Notes under the pieces: generated by a model | Told to the model about the DNA's origin: nothing | Database searches by the model: none | What the model saw: only the letters and a program-made list of their open reading frames with translations | Shown here: positions 35,756 to 48,024 of the stretch, in pieces | Position numbering within the stretch: the first letter of the stretch is position 1 | How the letters are laid out: the number at the start of each line of letters is the position of its first letter | Source: Lepidodermella squamata | Lineage: Eukaryota > Animalia > Gastrotricha | Reading direction: 5' to 3' | Assembly: GCA_047495785.1 (NCBI GenBank) | Contig: JBLDXI010000002.1 | Location: 2,666,001-2,730,000 of the forward strand | Length of the DNA: 64,000 nucleotides | Made by a program: the position numbers and the translations under genes

Positions 35756-37931
35756 ATGATATTTCGCCGGTCGAGGCTGCTGCCTAAGTCGCTCAGCCCG
35801 TCGCTTGTTCCAGCCCTACTGCTCATCATCCTCGAGTTACTGGCCAATTATGGCTGCTTCGCGATCGATCATTCCGACTCGGCCGAGATGGAGATACCTG
35901 AAGGCGAGTGGTTCAAGGAGAAGCGCCTCGTCAAACACCTTCTCGAAAAACATGCTACGTTCAAACACGGCCGTCCAGTGGAAAACCAGTAAAAATTATT
36001 AAAAAAAATGTCCATCAAAAATTGAATATTTTCTGAATTTAGCTGGGAACCTCTCGACGTGGAGTTCGGTATTAATTTAATTCAGGTACTCTCTGTCAAC
36101 GAATCTGCTGGTCAACTAGTGACGAATATTTGGACTCATTACGTAAGAATATAAGGCAGTAACCAAGGTTTCAGTATCGAATTTCGATTGATAGAGATGG
36201 CGCGATCCTTCACTGCAGTGGAATCAGACAGCTTTAGGTATCGATAGGGTTCGGGTACCTTCGGAAGAAATTTGGCTGCCTGATATCGAACTCTTCAGTA
36301 AGATCAAATTTAGCTGTTAAATTTAATTTTATAACTTGATTGTTTTCTTCAGATTAGTAAGTCTAGCTCAAATTTAACCCTTTCTCATGGCTGAGTTCGG
36401 AAATTTTTCCAGTGCTGACACTCGAATCCAGCTCCATCGAAATACTCTCGCAGGTGAGTTGAACTACTCCCAGTAATATCAAAATTTTACCTTTGCTTTC
36501 AGTTGTAAATGCCACTGGTCACCTTGATTGGATACCAAGTGGGATTTTCCGAAGTGCCTGCGAAATCAACACCTATGCATTCCCGTAAGTTCAATAAATT
36601 ATTCATTTACTCGTTGACCTATGATTTAATCAATTTGCAGTTTCGACGAGCAAGTAAGCCATATTAGGAGCAAGTTTATAAATGGGTTTAATCACTTTTC
36701 GGCTGTAGGTTTGTTCCATGTCCTTTCGTTCTTTATCAATGGGAATTACTCTGCTGAAGTTGAATTTCGTCGAGGTTTGCCGTTTTATCGAAGAAATTCG
36801 GATTTTTGTGTAACCTTATTTCATGTAGAATCGCCAAAGTATGTCATTGGACTCGTACGTGCCGAACCCTGAATGGGAGATAACGGAAAATACGGCTGAA
36901 CGAAGCATAAAACTGGGCAAACGCGGTATGCGGACATCATTTTACGACCTTACTTTCACCCTTCGACTCAAGCGCCGATCAGTCTTTCATCGCTACGTTT
37001 TAGTTTTACCTTGTGTTCTTTTATCTTTGACGTAAGCCTTGACATTTTTTCGGCCGGACGAATTAAGAATTTTTTCAATAGCGCTGGTGTTTTGTTTTTA
37101 CTACCTCCGGAAAGTCCCGCGAAAATCCAGATTGGCATTTTCATCTTCCAAGGCTTTTTTCTACTCCTCAACTTGTTATTAAACAGTACACCTCCGGCTT
37201 CGAGTCGCAATCCTACAATAGGTCTCTACTACAGCGCATCTATGATTTCGACGACGATAGTCATGTTCGCCTGCGGTTTCCTCGTCGAGATGCACTTTCG
37301 CTCGGACAGGCGCGGCCCGATGTCCGAACACACGCGAAAAGTCGTCATCAAGTTCCTAGCCGCTTGGTTGTTCATACCGATTCCGGACAAAAAACCACGT
37401 GATTTGAAGCGCAAACACCTTCAAGCCCGTCAGACTGTTCTGCAAATACAGAAGCAACTGCATGCCTATAAAATGCAGGCGTCAGACGCCGTTGGAACGA
37501 GAGCCGCCTCTCCTGCCGTTACACCGATCCGAAGTCGATACCCTTCTCAGCAGCAGAAGGTAAAAATGTTGGTGGAGAGCAGAAAAAACTCGACAGTAGT
37601 CACGCCGATTCATTGTAACGATTCGACCCCTACGCGGTCGTTGAAAAATAGCTACAGCAGCGTTAGAAGCATGTCGCGCAGTCAAGACGTTTCGAGAACA
37701 ACGTCAAGCCGCAGCGATCCTAATTTCGGACTCTTGAGCGACCTGGTCGAGCTGCGCATGTCACTGCAGAGGACGGCGGAAAGCCAGGCCGCGAAAGAGT
37801 ACAACAATTTGATCCAGACCGAGTGGGTAATAGCTGCTATGGTGTTCGATCGGCTGTTTTTTCTGGCGTATATCGGCTGGATAATTATCTCGCTATGGAT
37901 GCTCTTGCCACAGGAAGAGCGTTTCAGCTAG
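35756..37931 (+). CDS. Cys-loop ligand-gated ion channel, nAChR-like non-alpha subunit with Pro-Ala (anion-type) M2 motif; ~10 exons including 4-nt and 13-nt microexons
   Basis: Signal peptide; GRPVEN; W.DPSLQWN; IWLPDIELFNYAD; Cys-loop CEINTYAFPFDEQVC; LPPESPAK; TPPAS; EWVIAAMVFDRLF. Confidence 0.93.
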
Positions 37932-38349
37932 TGTGTTACCGCTAGACAGATACAGAAAATGATGCTATAGTAATAAATCAACGGATATGGATGACACTCC
38001 CTCGTGTGTTTTGCGGCGTGTTTACCTGCCTCGTGTGTTTGTTACCATATCGTTATTTATCCACATTTCTTTCGCCGTGAATCTATTTGCGCCGTAGATT
38101 GGGCAGCAGCAGCAGCACAGTATGTATATGTTTTTTCGCATTTGGTCGCGCACTTGACGCGGCCGCGAGTGCGCCAGATGTACAATCGCCAGCCGCCACC
38201 CTCGTCCGGCAATGGTTTCGCCCTGAACACTATTATACGCCGCATTGTTTTCTGCTTCGCTGCCACGAATACTGCCTCTGTTATCATTTGCTTTGCGCTG
38301 GCTCCTCCGCTCTATCCCCGTCTTTGATAGTCTGCGGACCAGCAGCTTT

Positions 38350-38357
38350 TATAAATA
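38350..38357 (+). promoter_or_regulatory. Probable TATA box of the amine oxidase gene
   Basis: TATAAATA ~50 nt upstream of the ATG at 38401. Confidence 0.5.
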
Positions 38358-38400
38358 GCAGCTTATACCCCTGAAGCAGGTTTTTTAAGCTGGCGGCGAA

Positions 38401-40421
38401 ATGACCCCGTTCAAATTACTCACAATTTTTTGCTACCTCTTGATAATTGTAACGACGTTAATTGACGCCCACCTCGGCCTCGATGATGACGACGAAGATG
38501 AAGAGGGGCATATTAATGCTACTTCAACGTCCCGACCCACAACTACCGGCGGAGAATCGTCCAACGCCACTACAATCGACTACCTTCAAACCACTGCTCG
38601 GAATGTCATTGACGATGAAATTAACTCTTTATGTGGCATGGCAACGGGCATTCTATCCCAACCGCAGGCACCTTATGACGTGATCATCGTAGGTGGAGGA
38701 GTCGCTGGGCTGGTGGCTGCTAAAACTTTGATTGAACGAGGTGTGAGTAACTACAAGCTGTTAGAAGCTCGCGATAGGCTCGGTGGTCGGGTCCTATCAG
38801 TGCCACTCAATGACGGATACCTCGAAATCGGCTCTGAGTTAACTTTATCGTCTTGGACTGATTCGTGGCTTCATTTCGCTACAACTCAAAATCTGACTGA
38901 TTACGTGAGGCGGAACGAATCTGATCAAGTTTTCATAGGAAAAGATGGCGCTGTCATCTCGAGGAAACTGTTCAGTGACGTAGCCAATGCCGCGGCGAAG
39001 GCAATTAGCAAATTTGAGAAGCCTACAACCGGTGGTGGGTCATGCAAAGCCTGGCTATCTGACAAAATTCGGCAAATCGTCGGAGGGAACTCGCCGTCTC
39101 TAGATGCAGCAATCGAATTCTACATTAAGGCGGAGGGTATTGCGCATGGGGACGATCTCGATAACTGCAATACCGAGAGCTTGTTTCGAAACATCACTTC
39201 GCGGCGTAACCCGGTGGCAGCGTACGATCCTTATAAGCGCGAGGTCGAGATAAAGGGAGGCAACACGAGGGTAATTCAAGCTCTTGGTAAGAGGGTTCTA
39301 TCTCAAAGCGAAGCTGGCGATGTCCGAATTTCGTTCAACTCTGAAGTTCGGAAAATTTATTGGAAGGTCAATTGCCCATGGTTCCCCAAAATGGCCGAAT
39401 ACATTTTCGTTAGACTGAGGACTGGAGCGTTGCTGAAGGCGCGTTACGTTCTGGTCACTCTACCCCTTGGGGTTTTGAAATCACCTACTTCATCTCCATT
39501 GTTCGTCCCAGCGCTGAATGCATCAGTGGGGCAAGCTATTCAAAGGATAGGATTCGGGTGTGTTGTGACAGTTTTCGTCTCTTTCGAAGACCGATTCTGG
39601 CCCGATACCCTCACAGGAGTTTGGCTGGTAACCCTCCCGGAAAACAACTCCACAAAAGATTGGATGAAAGGTCTAGCGGGCTTTAAAAGTGTTAGCAATC
39701 AAAACCGAACCCTGCAAGCTTGGTAAAAAGAGCCAAATTGTTCCTTTCTGTAAATGTACCTTTGTCTATAGGTTCCACGGCGATGCAGCCCGCTCTTTGG
39801 AGGAGGCCTCCGACTCGGATGTGGTTGAAGCTTTAACTTCAGCTTTGAATAGCAGTATGACATTGTATCACGAAGATAAACCGGTTGAATTTCTTAAGCC
39901 AATTCCAGCCATAACGAAAATAACTCGGTGAGCTCTATTACTCATCATTAATTTCCAATTTTACCTTTGTTTATTACAGTTCAAAGTGGTGCTCTGATCG
40001 ATTTTCGCTAGGCAGCAACGCTTTTTTCGGTATAAACACAACTTCCGACGATTTTTTGGCCATGACCGAGCCATTACCTTCGAAAGAAGATCCAAGATTG
40101 ATGTTTGCTGGGGAAGCAGCTCATGAATCGTTATATGGCACCGTTGAAGGTGCTTGGCGGTCTGCTATGCGCCAGGCTGACAGACTCGCCGAAGCTCTTG
40201 GCCTAACGACCACCAAAGACGATTCGGCGCAGTCAACGAGTTCGAATAAGCTGACATCATCAGTGACGAGTAGATCTAGTAACAATGCCTCATCCAACTC
40301 GACCAAGTCTGAATCTAGCAGCTCGCAAAAATCTAGCTGCCCATGCCACTTTTCAGGCACCGTCATTTTCATCCACTCGTTGACCCTCTTACTTCTTGTA
40401 GCAGATAATTTTATGTCATAG
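38401..40421 (+). CDS. Flavin amine oxidase (spermine/polyamine oxidase-like) with signal peptide, Ser-rich stalk and hydrophobic C-terminal tail. Exons 38401-39722, 39772-39927, 39980-40421
   Basis: VIIVGGGVAGL..LLEARDRLGGRV; VTLPLGVLK; LMFAGEA.H..YGTVEGA..SA.RQADRL. Confidence 0.9.
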
Positions 40422-40654
40422 GTATGGTGCATTTTTCAGGAATAAAGGGTTGATGGTCACACGTTTTTTGAATGATTCAGCATTCTATCCTTTTAATTAT
40501 TTTATGCTTTTATTAACTCAATTTAATGCCACTCTGAATTTCAAATCAGGTTTCAATTTGCATTCGGTTAGGTTCATTGTTAGTCGGAGGACAGGGAAAC
40601 ATCATCACTAATAGGGCATCCAATTATGCTGAAACGTTTTACCGGGCTGATAAA

Positions 40655-41992
40655 TTATAAATTCTGTCCGTTATTGAAACCGGGACAAGAAGACAAAGGC
40701 TGACGCGTCATTTTTTCACCATGATTTATTTTTCGCCCTCTGAAATAATTACAAGAATTATTACAAAAAAATAATTACATTAAGGAGGATGAATTATCTA
40801 AAATATTGAATTAGAAACCTTCATGATAGATTTGCAAATCGATCTAGGTATAAGATTCTGGACGTGGCAAGAGCAGGAGCACTTCAACGTGTCGCGGTCG
40901 AAAACTCGGCCGAAACCTAAGGAGCAGCCACCCTTCCTCAGGCAAGCAAGCTCCTGGGCAACGATCGAAGTCGAAGTGTGTGCGATTGGACTAGGCGTTG
41001 GAGGTTGGGTCGTTGTGGTAGTTGTAGTCGAGGTTGTAGCTTTATCCTCGGAATCTCGCGGTGGTCGAGGCGAGGCTATGACGCACCTGAATCGAAGGTA
41101 GTAATTAATAACCAAGCTATTTAAATTTAACTTACGAGCAAGTTTCCGCATCCCAAACCTCTTTAACCTTGCACTGCGCAATGGTGTGACATCTGAATAA
41201 GAAGAATGATGAGCGATCTAGGTTAGGAACCAAATCAAAGTCTTACTGGCATAAACCGGCTTCGTCGGGAACTTTGTTCGGGCTGTCGCATTTAACTTCT
41301 GCTTTCGTCATATGACACGACTTCGGCATTCTGATCTCGATAATCTTAGGGTCCAGCAATCCGTCTCTTGTATGGATGGGTTCAACCTCAATCTTTTGCA
41401 GGAACGAAGCACTGGCGACGCATTTGTAGCCGTTCATCTCGCGAACTCCCATGCAAACCGGGCCGAAAATGTAAGCAGGGTGGTGGTTCAAGTTGGCGTC
41501 TGATGGCTGCGGAACAGCTACAGGTCCGATTTGGAGACTACAACGCGGAAAGTCTGGAACTCGATATTCCAAAGATTCGGCCCCCTCGATGAAGGCATCG
41601 ACATTTAGTTGCCGACTCTCCGTGTCATACAGGCAACGAGCCGGGGCAGAAGTAAGCATTTTCGCAGATCTTAGCCCTGCGGAGACTATACAGCGAAAAT
41701 TACAAATCAATGTTGCTGGAAAAAGCTTACACATCGACGTCAGAGCAGGTCGCGGCCTCGGGTCGTTACGGCATTTGCAGTTTGCCGGGTCAAACTCAAG
41801 TTCCAGATTAAAACAGCTCTCCTCTGTTTGCCGGTAAATTGAACTGTTGCAGAAACTTATGAGAGGGCTCTGCCTCCAATACGGGCCCCTCTCGTCAATA
41901 TCACGCTGTAAAATCGCATTCGAAATCCCTTGAACCGTCGCTGCGTTGAAAAGTGAGAAAACAATGACGAAACTGGTGATGAAACGCCTCAT
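40655..41992 (-). CDS. Secreted PDGF/VEGF-like Cys-rich protein A (reduced cystine knot, CXCXC-type repeats, Thr-rich stalk, terminal Cys module); last exon uncertain
   Basis: Signal peptide; DIDERGPYWRQSP..C; FDPANCKC; C..QIGPVAVPQP..HP..C.G..C..SCH; WDAETCSC; CLRKGGC..FDRDTLKCSCSC. Confidence 0.7.
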
Positions 41993-42446
41993 TTTGTTTT
42001 GCCTAATGATTTCAGATTGTAGTAGTAGAATGAAACTCAGCTCCGTGTTTGGCTGCAGCAGTCATAAATAAATGCCAATGTGATGTATACGGACAGGAAA
42101 TGCAGAATGGTTATTATGCATTCCAATTACTCCGCGCACGTGAGTAGGTATAAAAGTATTGTGTACCCTAATAGTTCGGATTTGTAAGCACAAGGTGGGG
42201 AGGGCGGTACGTAGTAAAATCCTGTTCTGAGTAACGGCAATATTTACGTCGTAAACCGGCGCATGCTTTGTTTTATCTCTGCGCTCAGCATGATTCAACG
42301 GCTTTTTGATTCATCAATTAGGCATAAATAACAAATCGCCTTGCTTGCGTTCAAGTTTCTTGCACTTTATTGGTACACAAAAAAGCGAATGCGGTGAACT
42401 CTGAACTTCGAAGCTGTGGTGATAATTGCGATTTTATGACGAGCTA

Positions 42447-42878
42447 TCATCTTCGTCTAAGCAGCACTGAGGCGATGAAGACGACTTTGATGATGAAGCA
42501 GCCGATGGTGCAGCAAATGCGAGCTTTTGTAGCCGAGCCAAAGAAAATCAGCTCGCTAAAGACAGTTCCCCGAAACATCGCTGCTTCGCAATAAAAATCA
42601 TTGGTAATAAATCGAAGATATAAAATCGAATGCTTACACATAAACAGGGGATATTTGCATATAGGCCCGTTTGGAGGCTCGACTTCGTGTGGCTTGCATG
42701 CCTTACCAATGATATGATGTGATAGGTGACTGTCACATCGCGGCGATGATCTCCATCTAGAGCCTCGTGAGACCAGATCAGTGAACAAAACTCGACTCGA
42801 CGAGTTGGAACTGGTGCCAGAGACGTAGCAAAAGCTGGTGGCTAAAAGTGTACGCAGTAGGAAAGCCGAAAAAAGCAT
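42447..42878 (-). CDS. Short paralog B of the Cys-rich secreted family (signal peptide + shared N-terminal motif only); may be truncated or a pseudogene
   Basis: MLFSAFLLRTLLATSFCYVSG; DLVSRGSRWRSSPRC matches the family motif D..RG..WR.SP; donor ATGT|GTAAGC at the same place as in gene A. Confidence 0.5.
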   Translation of the reverse strand: MLFSAFLLRTLLATSFCYVSGTSSNSSSRVLFTDLVSRGSRWRSSPRCDSHLSHHIIGKACKPHEVEPPNGPICKYPLFMCKHSILYLRFITNDFYCEAAMFRGTVFSELIFFGSATKARICCTIGCFIIKVVFIASVLLRRR

Positions 42879-43138
42879 TCACGGGTAAAATCAAGAAATA
42901 TATGTTACCCCTTGCGCCACGGGCCATAGGTTCGATTTCATATATAGAGTCTTAGGCCATGTGTTAATCACCGGAAAAATACAAAAGCCTGCCCTTGTAA
43001 ACAAAAGTGCCGTTATTGTTGTTTATTGATATAAAAACTAAGAGCAGGATGAGCTTCGCACGGTGCATTATAAGAGTCATTACTTCAGACATCGATCGCT
43101 GTGTAAAATACATTAGGTACCTATGCATGCGGTTATAA

Positions 43139-45250
43139 TTACGTTTTTTCGCCGCCCCAAAACATTAGCTTCATACAAATCCATCTCGGATAAACCTGAA
43201 GGCCTAAACACGAGCAAACGCAACGCTGCGTGAAAGCGTCGTAATACCGCTCGAAGCCGCCTTCACAACCACCGGACAGCAAACATTCCTGCTCCTCCGT
43301 TATTACCGTGGTTATCGGAGTAGAAAACTCCGCAAAAGTACTTGAAGCAAACTCGGTAGTGAAGTCATTAATGTCTGACGAATTATCACTTGGAGTCTGC
43401 CCAGTAGTTGATGTTGGCTCTTTCGAACTTTCATCTGCCAGATCTTCATAAGGGGGTATTGTCCAAAGGGGAAGTTCTGTTGACGTTGGCATTGTTATAA
43501 CAACAGCAGCTTCTTGCTCTTCAGCAGTAGCCATCTCCTCGAATGAAGGTTGTTCGACAGCGGTCAGATTCCTGATGAGTTCGTCGATACCCATCGAAAC
43601 GATCTCAGGTGCTTCAGTGGGGCGTGGTGATTCAGTTGTTGGCGCTCTAGTTTTACGGGAAGTTGGCATCGAACTTGCCATAAGTGGCCATGCCGTATGA
43701 ATAACGTATCGCATTTCCTCAGTAGTCGTTGAGACTGTGCTACTGGTAGTTGTGCTAGTTACGGTTGTTGAGGTTGTCGATCTCTCCAGACTATGAGTAG
43801 TATTAAGCTGGGTCGGTACCGTGGTTGTGCCATTTGCTTTGATTAAGCCAACATCTTTCAACGGTGGGAGCGAAGAGACTGGCGAATGAATCTTGGGTGG
43901 GATTTCGACAACTTCCAAGGCTATCGGGTCTTTCTCCTTGAATAGACCCTGCAGTATTGGCCAGCTTGTTGTCGGATTTGGTGAGCGATGGGCAGACGAT
44001 GTAGTCGAAGACACCTTCGGCTTAACGGTCATTGTTCGGACAGAAAACGCTATTGGCCAGGTGAAAACTTTATTATTCCCATCCGACTTCTTCACGCTCT
44101 TCGACTGAGGTTGATACAGAGATTTCGAATTTTTCGTGGTTTTCGGTTCATTATTAACGGAAGAGTCTAGTGGAGAGTCGACGGTGGAAGGACCGAGGCA
44201 AGAGCATACTCGCTGTCCGTCTCCTGTTGTAGCTATTTTCGCTTTCCGCCTATCAGGGCACTGCACGAACAATTCACAATCTATTTTAGATAATAGAATG
44301 CTCTCCAAAGCCGCCATTCTCGGAGAAATGCACCTGTTATGTCAAATGCATATTTCAATCTCTGATTTCTCTTTATTAAACTTACAAGCAGCGCTCGGGG
44401 TCGAAAGCTTGGTATTTCGCACAGGAATCAGTAGTGAGAGGACATTTACATTCGCATAGAGTATCGTTCCAATAATAATTCTCCGGGCATGACTCCGAAA
44501 CCTGTATTCGACAAAATCCATTTGCTGGTGTACACAATTGCCTGCATCGATTAATCTTTGCCGTTTGGCAAGATATCGGCAGAGCCAGAGAAATTGTTTC
44601 AGAGCCTAAATGGAACCCATTTTCGAAAAGTTCGACAGTTTCGTTGACAGTCGCAGTTTCTTTCGCCTCGCAAGTCTCCGGTGGCTCTAGTTCGTCGATT
44701 GGTCTGCAGGTGAATCCGAGAATCACTGATGGGTGGCGATGTCGACGTTTAGCGTCGTAATAGTCAATTGGCTGAGGAATTTTCACCGGACCAAGCCGCA
44801 ATTGACACCTGCTATCTGAATCACTGGTGTTTCGTAATGAATTTATTTCTGGTAGCGAGTATGATGCTACAACAAATGGAATCAGAACGGTCTTCGCGGC
44901 TAATGATTTTACTTACAATTTCGAGGAGTGAACCTCGTGTCGTGCCTACATTTGCATCGCCTTGGGTCGAATTTCAGGCCAACTGATCTACAACTGTCAC
45001 CAGTTTCTCTCTGCGTCGCACTGCTGCATAAATTCACGAAAGGGCTTTGCCTCCACATATCTCCTCGGAAGTCAATATCCGCGACCATTTTTGCGAATAT
45101 TCCATCGCTGATAGCTCCTGACGCCCAATAGTAATCTTGAGACGCGTAGAAAAGGCCGAAATTGATCGTTAGAACAATGACCAGTGCAAGGACATTGATG
45201 AGACCGCGAATCAGCATTTTGTAAGAGCAGGCAACAGATATCGGCGCCAT
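43139..45250 (-). CDS. PDGF/VEGF-like Cys-rich protein C with signal anchor, CXCXC repeats, long mucin-like stalk and terminal Cys module (3 exons)
   Basis: DIDFRGDMWRQSP..C; FDPRRCKC; RCQLRLGPVKIPQP..RHP..C..C..LPISC; WNDTLCECKC; FDPERC; CLLSGGC..YDAFTQRCVCSC. Confidence 0.72.
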
Positions 45251-45682
45251 AATAATCTACTCATCGCGCGTTCATTTTCGAAATAATCGGAAAAACAAGT
45301 CTCTGTACCGCGATTTTTTGGCAGTTAATAATGATGTGAGTTTTAGCCCGATACACATTAAAGTAAACAAACGTGACCAGTTGAGTATATCGCATTTCGA
45401 AAATAAAACGCCTCATTAAAGCCACTATTTATTGCTTTATTATTTATTGCGGTTATAACAAAAAAATAATATTAGCCGAATAATTTGAAAGTAAATGCTT
45501 CCTTCGCGTTCATCATTGTTCGGCATAGTGATCGGCGAAATAGTGAACCGTCAAAGACGCACGAGCACGTGCATTCGTTTGACTCTTCCAGGTAAATTCG
45601 CCGCGAATGAAATGGACAAATGTCTGTTTTTGAGTAACATTGATTTTTCGATGATGATTGAGCATCTGTAACTGGTTGCGCA

Positions 45683-46632
45683 CTAGTTGATTGCGTGGCA
45701 TTTGAGCAGGGGCAATAGTTATCGATTGCGATCGATTTTTCTGAGCAGTTGCTTGGAGGAGCTGATATTGGGCACTTTGATCTTGGAATGAGTTGAGACC
45801 ATTCGTCGATTTGAGAGCATCTAGAAAAAATCGATGTTATCTAGGACAAATTAACTAGCTATAGAAGTTACGAGCATGTCTCGGGTATCCATGAGCTGCC
45901 ACTGGGACATTCGAAAACGACAATGCATCTGAAAGTACAACAGGAAGCGTCATTTCAAAGCTGTTGAGTTTATAGGACTAACCTGCACTCCCCGTCACTA
46001 GAGATGTATTTCAGCTTCGAATCGCAAGAGTTCTCGCTTTTAGACCTAGTCATATGACAGCTTGTCGGCAGGGATATTTCCATGATCGAGTCATTTATCG
46101 GATGCCACAACCTATCTTTTGCAAGGCGAAGCAAAGTAAAGGGCTGTTCGATTTTTCTCCACGTTTTCGGCGAGCAGATATTTCCCCTTTCGTCTGGCAA
46201 TCCTACGCACGCTAAACCGTGGAGAGCATCAGGGTGACGGCGCAATGACGGTTCGGCAGGTTGAGGAATGTGGACAATACCGGGTTGGACTTGGCATTTA
46301 ACCTCAGGTAACCCGTTACTAGAGGCATCTTGTAAAAAGGCCTCGACGTTAACCTGGTAGTCCGCCCTTGTAATGTCACGTTTTCGGTTCGAAACACCTG
46401 CTGATGGGTTGCATTTACATTTAAGGTGGTCGAAAATTAACCCAGCGGCAGAGCAGTCTTCGAAAGATCGCCGTTCATCAGCATTTGCGCAAAGACTGAC
46501 GTAAGGACTACTCCGCCAATCAGCCCCTCTTCGACGAATATCTCGGAAAGTAAGCTCGATATCAAACTCATTGATAGCTGAAATTACATTGGCTGCGCTG
46601 ATGATACATAACAATTGCTTGATTACATGCAT
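45683..46632 (-). CDS. Secreted PDGF/VEGF-like Cys-rich protein D (3 exons)
   Basis: MHVIKQLLCIISAANVISA; DIRRRGADWRSSP..C; FDHLKCKC; KCQVQPGIVHIPQP..RHP..CVG..CSP..LPTSCH; WIPETCSC. Confidence 0.72.
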
Positions 46633-48024
46633 TTTTGGGAAATGATATCGCCCACCTGCTGGCATCTCTCAGTGGCCGTTTCATAACCGCTAAAACCGCA
46701 TAGCAAATGAGTGTGGAAGTATGGACCCGGTTCTGCCACGCAAGGTCATGAGTGCCACCGGTAAGTCATGAAAACAGCGCGATAGTTTAGCGTTTAGCTA
46801 CATTTTTTCTGCAAAAAAATAGCTCTTTTTCGCACGCTCATTTTCCCGTAATAAAAGTCCCGAACTATTGCGTTTTTTGACAGCTCAATATACTTATGCT
46901 GTGGTCAGCATGCTGCCTCTCACTTTCACGAGTGCGGTACTTGAGCTGAGAGCCGGGAACCAAGTGCGAGCAATTACTTATTGCGTTAAGATGGATTTTT
47001 TATGCGTGCGATACCTAGCACAACGCGCTGCTTCTTCGTGCTGTCTCGTCGTAAAAAAACGATGCCCTGGTAATTGGGAAGAATAAAACCGAACTTCTTG
47101 TATCCACTTTAGGCACAGCTTTTTATTGAAAAAATTGAGTAGGCAGGCCTTTCAACATCGTTTCCTCTCGCATTCATTCATGGTTACAAAGAAGAACAAA
47201 TTCGCGCGTTTCGATTTATATAAACAGTCGAATTCGATAAAACATCGGCACGTCTATATATGTATAATGTGTGATATAAAAAATGACTTCATCGTGTGTG
47301 TTCTGGTTGTTGTTGTTTGATGGCGCTATACACATGTTATTATTGTCGTTATATTATATAAACTTTCACATCAAATTTAATATATTATTGGCGAGAAAAG
47401 CACAATAAACCGAAGGCGACGTCGTTCGTGTCAAGGAAGAAATTTGGTAACCAAATTTGTCAAAAAAATTGAACAGTTTTTGTTAACGAAGAGAGAGAGA
47501 GAGATTGGAGGCGCCTCGGTTCAGCCGTGTTTTGTTGAAGACAATTCCTGGTGTATATAAGATAACAAGTAGTATAACAAGAGGTTCATTCGGTCGTAGG
47601 TGAAAAATACAAAAATACGTCGTTATTATCATCGAATACAGGTTATTTGCTTTTGAACAACTAGATCGACACTGCCAATTTCTCAGATGCATAAATACGA
47701 GTCGTTCCACGTCGTTAAAGCCTTTTTGACGGGGGAAGAGAGAGAAAAGCAAGCCACTCGCGGTCTCGTTTTGTTGATTTTTTTTCGATTGTAATATGGA
47801 GGAATGGAAGGTAGATAAGCCAGACAAGAAAAATGTTTAAATTAACTGCGTGCCGTAGCACCTTTAGCGCCGTGTTCTGCATCCGAGTTAAGAAAGGCCT
47901 GCGGTCTCAACAATTTCCCGGTTTACTCGTTGTAGTTTGTTGTGTTCTCTCAAGCGACAAAAATAGCAGCGTGTATAAATACGCGAGTAGTAGTAACAGT
48001 AGTAGCGGTTAATGATGAGTCCTT

